A DNA stretch of 64,000 nucleotides from Candidatus Krumholzibacteriota bacterium (GCA_963764625.1 CAVXTH010000008.1:152584-216583), one strand, 5' to 3'; numbered from the stretch's first letter, positions 12,204 to 21,960 are shown. Made by a program: numbers and translations. Notes: generated from the sequence alone by a model not told the origin.

Positions 12204-13643
12204 TTACGCGCTATGTAACGACTTGATCAGATCCTCGAGCTCGGAGTGCACGTCGGGATTGATTTCCTCCAAGCGAGTAATCTTCTGCCAAGCATGGTGC
12301 ACCGTGGTGTGGTCGCGTCCGCCGAAACGCATCCCAATTTGGTTGAGCGAAGCTCCGGTCAACTCCCGGCAGAGATACATGGCGATTTGTCTGGCGTGCG
12401 CGATGGGCCTGGTGCGGGTCTTCGAGCGCAGAAGATCGAGCGAAATATCGTAGTAGCCCGCCACGGTCTTGGTCACTTCGACTAGGGAAATGGGGTGCTT
12501 TGGGCGATTCCGATTCAAAAAGGTGCCCAAAACCTCCCTGGCCATCTCGATGTGAATTTTACTTCCGGTGAGACTCGCGAAAGCCAGAAGTCGAATGAGA
12601 GCGCCTTCCAGCTCGCGAATGTTGTTGGTCACGCGCTCGGCGATGAGCACCAACACCTCGTCCGGAATGACGATTTCCTCCTTCTCCACCTTCTTCTTGA
12701 GAATCGCGATGCGGGTTTCGAGCTTGGGAGCCTGTAAGTCCGTGATCAAACCCCATTCGAAGCGTGACCGAAGGCGTTCCTCCAGGGTTGGAATTTCCTT
12801 GGGAGGCCGGTCGCAGGTCACCACGATTTGCTTGTTGGCATCGTAGAGCGCGTTGAAGGTGTGAAAGAACTCCTGCTGCGTAGTCTCTTTCCCGGCGAGG
12901 AACTGGATGTCGTCGATGAGTAGAAGGTCGACGTTCCGGTAACGATTCTTGAACTCGAAAGTCTTGCCGGTCCGAATGGACTGGATGAGTTCGTTCATGA
13001 AATTTTCAGCCGAGACGTAATGAACGAGAGTCTGCGGTTCACGCTCCAGAACCTCGTTGCCGATTGCCTGCATGAGGTGCGTCTTTCCCAGGCCCACGCC
13101 ACCGTAGAGAAAGAGCGGGTTGTAGGCCTGGGCAAGTTGTTCCGCCACCGCCTCGCACGCCGCGTGGGCGAGACGGTTGTTGTCTCCCACCACGAAGTTG
13201 GAGAACACGTACCGCTGGTTGAGTCCCGCCTCGCGCGGCATGCGCCGGCGGGTCTCGCTCTCCGGAGCCGGCGCGACGGCGGCGCGCGGGTCGAAACTTC
13301 CCACCGTGCTCGGCTCGGGATCGACGAGAATCTCGATCTCGACGCCGTGCCCCAGGACGCGATGGGCGGCGGTGCGGAGGGTCTCCAGATGATGCTCGGT
13401 GAGCCAGTCCACGAAGAACTGGTTCGGCCCCTGGATGGTCAGGGCGCGGTCTCGTAGGGCGAGAAAACGAGTTTGGTGGAACCAGGTTTCGAAAGTCTGT
13501 TGATTGACATTCTGTCGCACCACTTCCAAAATCTCGGCCCAGAGGGCCTGTTCGTCCGGGGAGTTCCCGTGGGCGGAAGGGTCGGCTGAAGTCGTTCGCG
13601 AAGGGGGCACGAGCGGGGCTTCCTCTCGCTGGGCCGAGGGCAT
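12204..13643 (-). CDS. dnaA: Chromosomal replication initiator DnaA
   Basis: YNPLFLYGGVGLGKTHLM, LLIDDIQFL, RLRSRFEWGL, GGRDHTTV; start uncertain (ATG 13643 used). Confidence 0.98.
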   Translation of the reverse strand: MPSAQREEAPLVPPSRTTSADPSAHGNSPDEQALWAEILEVVRQNVNQQTFETWFHQTRFLALRDRALTIQGPNQFFVDWLTEHHLETLRTAAHRVLGHGVEIEILVDPEPSTVGSFDPRAAVAPAPESETRRRMPREAGLNQRYVFSNFVVGDNNRLAHAACEAVAEQLAQAYNPLFLYGGVGLGKTHLMQAIGNEVLEREPQTLVHYVSAENFMNELIQSIRTGKTFEFKNRYRNVDLLLIDDIQFLAGKETTQQEFFHTFNALYDANKQIVVTCDRPPKEIPTLEERLRSRFEWGLITDLQAPKLETRIAILKKKVEKEEIVIPDEVLVLIAERVTNNIRELEGALIRLLAFASLTGSKIHIEMAREVLGTFLNRNRPKHPISLVEVTKTVAGYYDISLDLLRSKTRTRPIAHARQIAMYLCRELTGASLNQIGMRFGGRDHTTVHHAWQKITRLEEINPDVHSELEDLIKSLHSA

Positions 13644-13676
13644 GAACTCGACTAGAGGACAGAACTTCACAAAGAC

Positions 13677-13813
13677 TTATCCACAAGAAGGAAAAGCCTA
13701 GAACGTTTTAAATTATAAGGACTTAGCTCAACATATTCCCGTGGAACCCCATCTTATCCCCAAGCCCGAAAAACTGGGGATAACGTTGTTGTGCCGGGTG
13801 TGGGTTATCCACC
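13677..13813. promoter_or_regulatory. DnaA-box cluster upstream of dnaA
   Basis: Perfect TTATCCACA 13677-13685; TTATCCCCA 13754-13762; TGGGGATAA 13775-13783; TTATCCACC 13805-13813. Confidence 0.85.
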
Positions 13814-14020
13814 GGGGAAGCGGACGGTAGCACGCGGTCTGGGGCCGGGCAAGGTACTTTTCTCCTCCGGGAATACTTTCTTCCTAAGATCTTCACAATA
13901 GGTTTCTTAAGCCCAGCCCCCTCGGTTGCGGGCCCGCCACGCGCCTCGTGCGGGCGGGGCGTCAGAAGATCCCGAACGAATTCGCCGCGGCGCCCCCGGG
14001 CCCTCGTCGGCCCGGGAAAC

Positions 14021-14049
14021 TTGACGAAGCGGGGCCCTGGGCATACCGT
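14021..14049 (+). promoter_or_regulatory. Putative sigma70 promoter of rpmH
   Basis: TTGACG-17 bp-TACCGT. Confidence 0.4.
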
Positions 14050-14115
14050 ATTGCGCTCGTGGAGCTATGGTTATGGGAACCGCCCGCGCCTTCAGACCGT
14101 CGATGAGGTGTCAGC

Positions 14116-14250
14116 GTGAAGAGGACTTTTCAGCCGAGTAACATCAAGCGCAAGCGCGACCACGGTTTCCGGAAGCGCATGGCGACGCGCGCGGGACGCA
14201 CGATCCTCAAGCGCCGCCGGAGCAAGGGCCGCAAGCGTCTGAGCGCGTGA
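14116..14250 (+). CDS. rpmH: 50S ribosomal protein L34
   Basis: Not in the ORF track; manual translation [44 protein letters not shown] with GAGG RBS. Confidence 0.98.
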   Translation: MKRTFQPSNIKRKRDHGFRKRMATRAGRTILKRRRSKGRKRLSA

Positions 14251-14305
14251 GCGTCTTCGGATTCTGCCACGCGCGCACAGAGGGGTAGAGCGCGCGGTCT
14301 TCCGG

Positions 14306-14713
14306 ATGGGGGGACTTCCCTTGAAGGGGACTCTGCGAACTCGGCGGCATTTCCAACGCGTGTATGAGAACGGCCGAAAAGCAGTCGGGGCTTCGTGCGT
14401 CGTCTATGCGTACAGTCCGCAGCCCGAGGAGATCGCTACGGTGGGCGAATGCGCGGTCGGGGTCGTCGCATCCAAGAAGGTGGGCAATGCCGTGCGACGT
14501 AACCGCGCGAAGCGCTCCCTCCGTGAGACCTACCGCGCTTCCAGTTCACGACTGACCAAGCCGCTTTGGATCGTGCTCGTGGCGCGCGGCGCCCTGGCTG
14601 ATGCGAGCATTTCTTCGAAGGACTTGCTCGAGGAGATGCAGGAACTTCTGGTACAACTTGGCGTGCTGCGAGACAACACGCATGAGCTCGGGAAGGGAGA
14701 GCTTCCGTGTTGA
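14306..14713 (+). CDS. rnpA: Ribonuclease P protein component
   Basis: VASKKVGNAVRRNRAKR; follows rpmH. Confidence 0.93.
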   Translation: MGGLPLKGTLRTRRHFQRVYENGRKAVGASCVVYAYSPQPEEIATVGECAVGVVASKKVGNAVRRNRAKRSLRETYRASSSRLTKPLWIVLVARGALADASISSKDLLEEMQELLVQLGVLRDNTHELGKGELPC

Positions 14714-14985
14714 CGCGCCTTGCCGTGATTTGCATTCGCGCATACCAACTTCTGCTCTCACCCTTGCTGGGTTCGAATTGCCGCTTTACTCCCAGTTGTT
14801 CGCAGTACGGAATTGATGCGCTCAAGACGCACGGGCTCGCGCGGGGAATCTGGCTCAGCCTGCGGCGCGTTGCGCGGTGCCATCCTTGGCACCGCGGCGG
14901 GTTTGACCCGGTGCCCGGGTCGGACAAGAAGGAGAGTTCCACGATCGAGCGAGGGATTTCCATTCCAAGCGCTCATCATTCCTGA
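14707..14985 (+). CDS. yidD: Membrane protein insertion efficiency factor YidD
   Basis: YQLLLSP, CRFTPSCSQY, RCHPW..GGFDPVP. Confidence 0.95.
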   Translation: MLTRLAVICIRAYQLLLSPLLGSNCRFTPSCSQYGIDALKTHGLARGIWLSLRRVARCHPWHRGGFDPVPGSDKKESSTIERGISIPSAHHS

Positions 14986-15003
14986 GTTTTTCGCGAGGCA
15001 AGC

Positions 15004-16845
15004 ATGAATCAGCGCACGGCGCTCGCCTTCTTTCTCATGTTCGTAGTACTGCTGATCTGGCAGGCTGTCTTTTCTCCTCCACAGCAAGAGGTGCAGAACG
15101 CCGGACAGAGCGACAGTCTCGCGGTGGCCCAGGCCCCTCCGCGCTTATCCGGCTCCGAGGAGAACGGCGCTTTGGACAGCGCGCAAGGCGCCGCCGCGGC
15201 ATCCTCGGTGAACTCTATGCAGGAAGGCGCGGCCGACAGCACCGAGTCTTCGGGCGACATTCCGTTCGCGTCGACGGCGGAGGGCCCGCTTCTCACTCTC
15301 GAGACCGATCAATACGTGGCGGAACTGGATCTCATCGGCGCCGATCTTCGCTCGTGGACCCTGAAAAATTTCAAGACCATTGACGGCGCGCCGGTGCAAC
15401 TCATTCCCAAGAGAACCATCGATCGCTACGGTCAACGCGCCCATGCGCTGAAAATCTATCGGGATGATGGGGTGCTGGATCTGAGTCACGTCCGCTTCGA
15501 ACTCGACGGGGCGCGACTGCAGAGTACGGGTGATCCGGGCAAGCCCTGGCGGCTGCGAGTCACGGCTGACAATCCCATCGCCGAGGTCACGCTCACCGCG
15601 GATCTGGGAACGGCGACCCCGCTCCTTCTCCACATTCGCCTGGACAACGCGCTCTCATCGTTCGGGGTTCACGCAGAGTACGATCTTCCGCGCACCGACC
15701 TCGCGCAGTTGAAGATCTCCTGGCCCGCAGGAATCTCCAACACCGAACCGGATACTCTGCGGGAGTACAGAGAGTTCAAGGCGGCGGCGCGCGTGGGGGA
15801 CGATACCTACAAGACCTCCTTCAATTCTCTCAAGAAAGGCGATGGGTCGGGGGGGCGTAAGGATCACGAAGGCACGGTTGCCTGGGCCGGGGTGATGGGG
15901 CAGTACTTTACCGCGTTCATCCACGATCCCGCCCGCCGCCCGGGCCGCGTGCATTTCGACGGCGATTACGAGAAGAATCTCCAGACCTTCTCGATCGAGT
16001 TGCCCTTGCAGGACGAAAACGGGCCGGGACTCGATTACGCCGTGTTCTTGGGTCCTCGCGACTACAACGAATTGCACGAGATCGACCCGGCACTCACCGC
16101 CCTCATCGATTTGGGCCCGGCAGTGTTTCGTCCCGTTTCGAAATTCATGCTCTGGCTCCTCTTGTATCTGCATCGCTTCATTCCCAACTACGGCCTCGTG
16201 ATCATCTTGATCTCGGTCGCGACCAAGTTTCTCTTCTATCCCCTGACGAAGAGCAGTACGCGTTCGATGCGCGAGATGCAGCTCGTGCAACCCGAGCTCG
16301 CGAAACTCAAGGAGAAGTACAAGGACGATCAGGCGCGGCAGAGCAAGGAGATGATGAAGCTCTACAAAGAGCACGGCATCAATCCCATGGCCGGGTGTTT
16401 ACCTTTGCTCGTGCAGATGCCGGTCTTCTGGGCGCTGTTCACCGTTCTGCGCCGTACGATCGAAGTAAGACAGGCGCCGTTCTGGGGATGGATCACCGAT
16501 CTCTCCCGCCCCGAAGTCCTTTTTCATCTCCCTTTGAAACTGCCGGTGATCGGCAACAGCTTCTCCCTTCTTCCGATTCTCATGGCGGGGGGAATGTGGC
16601 TGCAGACGAAGATCGGCACGCCGAGTGCTGCGACGGGGGGCGAGGGCGCGATGGCCTCGCAACAGAAGATGATGTCGACCTTCATGCCCATCTTCATGCT
16701 TTTCGTGTTCTACAACACTCCGTCGGGTCTCGTGCTCTACTGGTTCGTGAATACGCTCCTTTCCATCGTTCAGACCTGGCAGATTCATCGAAACGCTCCC
16801 AAGACCTTGGCCGAGAAAAAAGCCATGGTCAGCGCGAGCGCGTGA
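15004..16845 (+). CDS. yidC: Membrane protein insertase YidC
   Basis: N-terminal TM, large periplasmic domain, NYGLVII, NPMAGCLPLLVQMP, PSGLVLYW. Confidence 0.96.
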   Translation: MNQRTALAFFLMFVVLLIWQAVFSPPQQEVQNAGQSDSLAVAQAPPRLSGSEENGALDSAQGAAAASSVNSMQEGAADSTESSGDIPFASTAEGPLLTLETDQYVAELDLIGADLRSWTLKNFKTIDGAPVQLIPKRTIDRYGQRAHALKIYRDDGVLDLSHVRFELDGARLQSTGDPGKPWRLRVTADNPIAEVTLTADLGTATPLLLHIRLDNALSSFGVHAEYDLPRTDLAQLKISWPAGISNTEPDTLREYREFKAAARVGDDTYKTSFNSLKKGDGSGGRKDHEGTVAWAGVMGQYFTAFIHDPARRPGRVHFDGDYEKNLQTFSIELPLQDENGPGLDYAVFLGPRDYNELHEIDPALTALIDLGPAVFRPVSKFMLWLLLYLHRFIPNYGLVIILISVATKFLFYPLTKSSTRSMREMQLVQPELAKLKEKYKDDQARQSKEMMKLYKEHGINPMAGCLPLLVQMPVFWALFTVLRRTIEVRQAPFWGWITDLSRPEVLFHLPLKLPVIGNSFSLLPILMAGGMWLQTKIGTPSAATGGEGAMASQQKMMSTFMPIFMLFVFYNTPSGLVLYWFVNTLLSIVQTWQIHRNAPKTLAEKKAMVSASA

Positions 16846-16861
16846 GAGGAAAGAGGACATC

Positions 16862-17740
16862 GTGATTCGTGAAAGTTTCGAAGTCAGTGCCATCACGGTG
16901 ACGGAAGCTACGAACCAAGCGCTTCAGTTGTTGGGAGTCGACGGCGATGCGCACGGGGTCGGCGTGGAAGTGATCGACGAGGGAAACGCCGGTCGGGGCT
17001 TTGCGATCTTTCGCAAGCTCGCGCGCGTGCGGGTGACCCATGAGTCCGAAGGATTCGGTCGGGTCTCTCGAGAACTTCCCGTGGCCATTCCGGCGCGACC
17101 GCCGGCGGAAACTGCGTCGACCACGCGGCGCCTCGCCTGGAGCGCGCCGTCTTCCGCGCGACCGTTCCGTGGCAAACCGGATCTCGTCATCGAGGAGGCC
17201 GCCACCCCGCCGCGGGTGAGCGAGATGAGCATCGCGCCCTCACAAGAACGTCCCCGGGAAACCTACACTCCGACTGCCGAGCACAACGCCAAGGTCGAAG
17301 AGGTGACGCGGGAACTCCTGGACTCGATGGACCTCGAGTACCAGGCGAGTTTCGAACACGCCGACTACCAGCGCGTTTTCATCACGGTTTCCGAGGACGA
17401 CGCAGGTTCTCTCATCGGCCGTCGTGGGACTGGAGTGGATGCCCTCGAGCACATCCTCAGCCGCATGATCGCCCAGAGCTGTGATTCGAATGTTCCGGTG
17501 CAGGTCGACTTGAATCGGTATCGCGAGCGGGAGCAGGAGCACCTGCGCGAGCAAGCCCTCGAGCGGGCCGAGCGAGTGCTCGCCGAAGGCACCGAAATCC
17601 ACTTCGAACCGATGCACCCCCGTGAGCGCCGCGTCGTGCATCTCGCGGTCAAGCCCCTGGCAGGGGTGGAAAGCTATACTCTGGGAGAGGGCCCGCGACG
17701 GCACGTGGTGCTGGCGCCCGTGAAGACCTCCGAGAAATAA
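16862..17740 (+). CDS. jag: Jag/EloR/KhpB RNA-binding protein (Jag_N, KH, R3H)
   Basis: LIGRRG..DALEH (KH) and PMHPRERRVVH (R3H); follows yidC. Confidence 0.9.
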   Translation: MIRESFEVSAITVTEATNQALQLLGVDGDAHGVGVEVIDEGNAGRGFAIFRKLARVRVTHESEGFGRVSRELPVAIPARPPAETASTTRRLAWSAPSSARPFRGKPDLVIEEAATPPRVSEMSIAPSQERPRETYTPTAEHNAKVEEVTRELLDSMDLEYQASFEHADYQRVFITVSEDDAGSLIGRRGTGVDALEHILSRMIAQSCDSNVPVQVDLNRYREREQEHLREQALERAERVLAEGTEIHFEPMHPRERRVVHLAVKPLAGVESYTLGEGPRRHVVLAPVKTSEK

Positions 17741-17803
17741 TTCACTTATTCATTTTATAGCAATAGGTTAAAACGAATCTATCATGCGTAGTTCGGGGGC
17801 AGC

Positions 17804-18448
17804 GTGTCGCGGTCTACATTCACCTCGCTCCTGCAAGCTCTCGTGGAAGAAGGAATTCCACTCGAGCCCTTCGTTCAATTCCGCCAGGATCTCCTCCGTT
17901 TCAATCGAGGGCGCAACCTGGTCAGCCGCGCCGGCGGGCCCGGGTTGGTGGAGCGGCTCATCCTGGAATCGGCAGCCACCGGCCGGGCGCTTCCCTTGCA
18001 CTCTGGAGAGCGAGCACTGGATCTGGGTAGCGGGGCGGGTTTTCCGGGAATTCCCCTGGCCCTGAGCCAACCCGGCCTCGAGCTCGTTCTCCTGGAGCGC
18101 CGGGCCACTGCATGTGATTTCCTGCGTCGGGAGATCGCCAGCCTGAGCCTGACCCATGCCTGCGTCGAGGAAGGTCAGGCGCGCGAAGTTTTGACGCGAG
18201 TTCCCGGGGCGCGCGCCTCATTTCAGTGGGGATTCGCCCGCGCGGTGGCCGCGCCGGCGCGGACCCTGTCCCTGCTGCGCCCCTTCTTGGCGAAAGAAGG
18301 GACCGCGGTGCTCGTGCTCAATGAGGAGTTTCGGCCCTCCCCGACGATCCTCGACGCGGGGTGGCGCTGGGAGGGCAACCGCCCCCTTGCTCTTGCGGCC
18401 CCCGTGCCCTCCGATTGCTGTCTGCAGCTCTTTCGTCCCGCGGGCTGA
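17804..18448 (+). CDS. rsmG: 16S rRNA m7G527 methyltransferase RsmG
   Basis: NLVS, LDLGSGAGFPGIPL, ARAVA; upstream of parA. Confidence 0.85.
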   Translation: MSRSTFTSLLQALVEEGIPLEPFVQFRQDLLRFNRGRNLVSRAGGPGLVERLILESAATGRALPLHSGERALDLGSGAGFPGIPLALSQPGLELVLLERRATACDFLRREIASLSLTHACVEEGQAREVLTRVPGARASFQWGFARAVAAPARTLSLLRPFLAKEGTAVLVLNEEFRPSPTILDAGWRWEGNRPLALAAPVPSDCCLQLFRPAG

Positions 18449-18506
18449 GTGCCCGGGCCAGGGGTTCGTTTCCCGGAGAACACCGCCCTGGACCCTCCCG
18501 GAGACA

Positions 18507-18522
18507 TGTTCCACGTGAAACA
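18507..18522. promoter_or_regulatory. parS: parS centromere site 1
   Basis: TGTTCCACGTGAAACA, matching the bacterial parS consensus. Confidence 0.93.
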
Positions 18523-18546
18523 TCGACTCGGGATCCCCTCGAACCA

Positions 18547-18562
18547 TGTTCCACGTGGAACC
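18547..18562. promoter_or_regulatory. parS: parS centromere site 2
   Basis: TGTTCCACGTGGAACC, starting 40 bp after site 1. Confidence 0.88.
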
Positions 18563-18713
18563 TCCCGGGGATTTTTCCGTCGTTCCCCTCCCGAAAGGGC
18601 CAAAACAAGCCTCTATCCATCTCAGAGCTTGCGGTCGTAAGCGGCCACATGCCAAAGTGCTCCGCAGTCCGGCCCCGAAGGCCGGGTCGAGCCTGCCGTG
18701 AATGGGGCCAAGC

Positions 18714-19514
18714 ATGGGACGCATCATCTCCATCTCGAATCAGAAGGGCGGCGTGGGGAAGACCACCACCGTCGTGAATCTAGGGGCCAGCCTGGCGGTG
18801 GCCGAAAAGCGAGTGCTTTTGCTGGATTTCGATCCACAGGGCAACACCAGTAGCGGCTTGGGCGTGCGGCCTGCCCCCGAAGAGTTGACGAGCTACGAAT
18901 TTCTGGCCGGAACAGGGGTACCGGAGGGCCTGATCCGCGCCACCGAATTGCCCTATCTCCAGCTCATGCCCGCGGACCAGAGGTTGACCGGGGCCGAAGT
19001 CGAGCTGGTGGAGGCGGAGGACAGAGAGGGCTTCCTGCGCCGCGCGCTCGAGGTGCTGCGCGAACGCTACGACTTCATTCTCCTGGATACCCCGCCCAGC
19101 TTGGGCATGCTCACGATCAACGCACTGACGGCCGCCGATTCGGTCCTCATTCCCATCCAGTGCGAGTACTACGCCCTGGAAGGGCTGAGCCAGCTGCTCA
19201 ACACGATTCACCTGGTCCAGCAAACCCTCAATCCGAAGCTCCGCATCGAGGGGGTCCTCCTGACCATGTTCGACCAGCGGCTCCGCCTCAGCAACCAGGT
19301 GGCGGAAGAAGCCAAAGAATATTTTGGCACAACAGTTTACGAGACTGTCATTCCCCGGAACGTAACCCTGGGGGAGAGCCCTTCCTTCGGGAAGCCGGTC
19401 CTTCTTCACGACATCCAGAGCCGGGGCTCTCTCAGTTATCTCAATCTAGCCAAGGAAGTGATGCGCAATGGCGAAGCGAGTCTTGGGCAAGGGCCTGTCG
19501 GCGCTCATCGGTAA
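18714..19514 (+). CDS. parA: Chromosome partitioning ATPase ParA/Soj
   Basis: NQKGGVGKTTT, DFDPQGN, DTPPSLG, CEYYALEG, IPRNVTLGESPSFG. Confidence 0.97.
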   Translation: MGRIISISNQKGGVGKTTTVVNLGASLAVAEKRVLLLDFDPQGNTSSGLGVRPAPEELTSYEFLAGTGVPEGLIRATELPYLQLMPADQRLTGAEVELVEAEDREGFLRRALEVLRERYDFILLDTPPSLGMLTINALTAADSVLIPIQCEYYALEGLSQLLNTIHLVQQTLNPKLRIEGVLLTMFDQRLRLSNQVAEEAKEYFGTTVYETVIPRNVTLGESPSFGKPVLLHDIQSRGSLSYLNLAKEVMRNGEASLGQGPVGAHR

Positions 19515-20385
19515 CTCGGTCGCCCCTGTGGCGGCATCGCGCCTCGAATCGGCCGCGCCGGCGTGGCTGGGAGATCGCCAGGCCACGATGCTGCCGCTGG
19601 AAGCCTTGCGGCCCAATCCACACCAACCCCGGCATCAGATGGACGAGACGGCGCTCGAGGAGTTGAGCGACTCGATTCGCCAAAACGGGGTTCTTCAGCC
19701 GATTCTGGTGCGCCGCACCGCCGAGGGCTTCGAGCTCGTGGCCGGAGAGCGCCGCTTGCGCGCGGCGGCGCGTGCGGGCCTGGGGGAGATTCCGGCCCTG
19801 GTCTGCAGCATGGAAGAGACGGAATCGATGAAGCTCGCGCTTCTGGAGAACATTCAGCGCGAGGATTTGAGCGCGCTCGAAGAAGCCGAAGCCTACCGCG
19901 CCATCATGCAGGCCCTGGACGCGAGCCACCAAGAGCTGGCCACGATGCTGGGAAAGAGCCGCAGCACGGTCAGCAACATGCTCCGCTTGCTACAGCTCGA
20001 ACCCCCCATTCACGAGCTGATGGAGGCCGGTCTCTTGACCATGGGTCATGCCCGGGCCCTCCTCTCGGTGGAGGATTCCCGGGCCCGGGTGCGCCTGGCC
20101 CGGCACACCGCCCAGAAGGGACTTTCAGTGCGCGCGCTCGAACGAGAGGCGCGGCGCCTGATTTCCCTCAGCAGCACCGTGAGCAGCCGCCGCCGGCGCC
20201 GCGGGCGTCGCGACGAACCCCAGAATGCCGCGGTCCGCGCGCTCGAAGAACGCCTGCGCCATCATCTCGGCACCGCGGCCCGCATCCACCGGCGCGGAGA
20301 GAAGGGGCGCCTCGAAATTCCCTTCTTTTCCGACGCGGAGCTCGAGGGCATCCTCGAACGCATGGGCGTGGAGACCCAGCTCTAA
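19468..20385 (+). CDS. parB: Chromosome partitioning protein ParB/Spo0J
   Basis: LGKGLSAL, PNPHQPR, GVLQP, AGERRLRAA, ENIQREDL, GKSRSTVSN. Confidence 0.97.
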   Translation: MAKRVLGKGLSALIGNSVAPVAASRLESAAPAWLGDRQATMLPLEALRPNPHQPRHQMDETALEELSDSIRQNGVLQPILVRRTAEGFELVAGERRLRAAARAGLGEIPALVCSMEETESMKLALLENIQREDLSALEEAEAYRAIMQALDASHQELATMLGKSRSTVSNMLRLLQLEPPIHELMEAGLLTMGHARALLSVEDSRARVRLARHTAQKGLSVRALEREARRLISLSSTVSSRRRRRGRRDEPQNAAVRALEERLRHHLGTAARIHRRGEKGRLEIPFFSDAELEGILERMGVETQL

Positions 20386-20419
20386 GCTCTGGTTTCCAAG
20401 GGATTCGGCAGCCTCGCGC

Positions 20420-20535
20420 GGTCCGGTGCCCACAAAACGTGGACAACAGTAAATCCATATAACACATTATTATATAATAAAATAGAGACTATTCCCCTAG
20501 ATATCCACAGACTTTCTCCCCAACTTATCCCCATC
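20420..20535. promoter_or_regulatory. AT-rich island with DnaA-box-like sites downstream of parB
   Basis: ATATCCACA 20501-20509, TTCTCCCCA 20514-20522, TTATCCCCA 20525-20533, palindrome TTATTATATAATAA 20467-20480. Confidence 0.6.
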
Positions 20536-20672
20536 CGATGGCACGGAAATGGGCACAGCGCGGGGCAGCCGGACTCGCCGCAAGATCCACGGGACTTGAC
20601 GCGCGCTGCTTCGCGTCCGAAACTCCCCTTCGCCTGACACTCGTGGGGCTCTCAGTCGTGGGCGGCCGAGCG

Positions 20673-21467
20673 GTGAATCGATCCTGGAACATCATCATCG
20701 TGCCCGCGGATCACTCCCGGACGCGGCAGTACACGGTCTCCCGCGGACTCGCACTGGTGACCGCGATCTTGCTGGCGGTGTTCTGCTTGACCGTTTTGGT
20801 CTTCATGATGAATTACTCGCGCGTGTTGGGGCAGTCCCGCAAGGCCGCCGCCTTGGAGCGGGAGAACCAGGACCTGCGCCGCCAGGTGGCCACGGTCGAC
20901 CGGCTCAACCGCGAGGTGGAGAACCTGACCGCGCTGAAAGCGCAGGTTCTCTCCATGCTGGGAGTCGAAGGCCGCGAGAAGACGGAGATTCCCGACAGCT
21001 CCCTGACCCGGGCGAACCGCAGCGCCAGCCTGGAGCTTCTGGGCGTCAACCATCTCCAGGCGGCGGCCGCGCTGCGCTCTCATGCTCCAACTCGTTGGCC
21101 TGTAGAAGGTTATGTCTCCAAGGAGTTCTACGATTCCGAAAAGGGAGGCAACGGCCATCCGGGATTGGACCTGGTGGCGCCCAACGGGGCGCCGGTTCAC
21201 GCGGCCGGTCGGGGAAAGGTGGTGGAGGCGAGCTACGACGAATCGCTCGGCAACTATATCGTCATCGACCACGGCTTCGGCTATAGTACCCTGTACGGCC
21301 ACAACCAGCGCTTGCTCGTGCAGGTCGGGCAATCGGTGGATCAGGGGCAGGTAATCGCCCGCTTGGGCAACACTGGCCGCAGTAGTGCGCCGCACTTACA
21401 TTTCGAAATCCGTCTCGACGGCAAGTCCGTCGATCCGCGACAGTATCTGGCACCCAAGTCGCCCTAG
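20673..21467 (+). CDS. M23 family metallopeptidase with TM anchor and coiled coil
   Basis: HPGLD, YGH and HLHFE motifs; GTG start inferred at 20673. Confidence 0.9.
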   Translation: MNRSWNIIIVPADHSRTRQYTVSRGLALVTAILLAVFCLTVLVFMMNYSRVLGQSRKAAALERENQDLRRQVATVDRLNREVENLTALKAQVLSMLGVEGREKTEIPDSSLTRANRSASLELLGVNHLQAAAALRSHAPTRWPVEGYVSKEFYDSEKGGNGHPGLDLVAPNGAPVHAAGRGKVVEASYDESLGNYIVIDHGFGYSTLYGHNQRLLVQVGQSVDQGQVIARLGNTGRSSAPHLHFEIRLDGKSVDPRQYLAPKSP

Positions 21468-21492
21468 GCGCGCATGCGCGCGGAGGAAGCAG

Positions 21493-21960
21493 ATGTTCGG
21501 CAAAGAAAACGAAACAGAGGTACCCATGAAACAAGATGATCCCAATGCCACCTCGATTCTCGCCAAAGGCTGCAGCTTCAAGGGAGAGGTCGAGGTCCAG
21601 GGGACGCTCCGCATCGAAGGGGATTTCGAGGGTACGATTCGCCATCCCGAGAACCTCGTGGTCGGAAAAACCGGAACCGTCAAGGGCGAGATTTTCGCCA
21701 AGAACGCGGTCATCGGTGGTCGCGTGGACGGCAACATCGCCGCGGACGACAAGATCGAGCTCCAGTCGGGAAGCACCCTCGAGGGAGACATCAAGACGCG
21801 CCGGCTGGTCATCGACGAGGGTGTCGTCTTCGAAGGTTCTTGCTCCATGGGCAAGCGCCCGGTGAACGAGGATCGGGAGATCAAGAGCGGACCGGCCTCC
21901 ACGACGCCCACGCCACTGGGCTTGGGCCAGAACCAGAAGCAGAAGATCAGCAACACCTAG
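21493..21960 (+). CDS. Bactofilin (polymer-forming cytoskeletal protein)
   Basis: GGAGG RBS; beta-helix repeats SILAKGCSFKGEV...LRIEGDFEG...LVIDEGVVFEG. Confidence 0.92.
   Translation: MFGKENETEVPMKQDDPNATSILAKGCSFKGEVEVQGTLRIEGDFEGTIRHPENLVVGKTGTVKGEIFAKNAVIGGRVDGNIAADDKIELQSGSTLEGDIKTRRLVIDEGVVFEGSCSMGKRPVNEDREIKSGPASTTPTPLGLGQNQKQKISNT

Noticed and set aside
13733-13748. parS-like ATATTCCCGTGGAACC upstream of dnaA
   Set aside because: One base short of the 16-bp palindrome with a poor left half; only a half-site
20449-20480. Possible dif/Xer site in the AT-rich patch
   Set aside because: No TTATGTTAAAT-like XerD arm, and the location is origin-proximal
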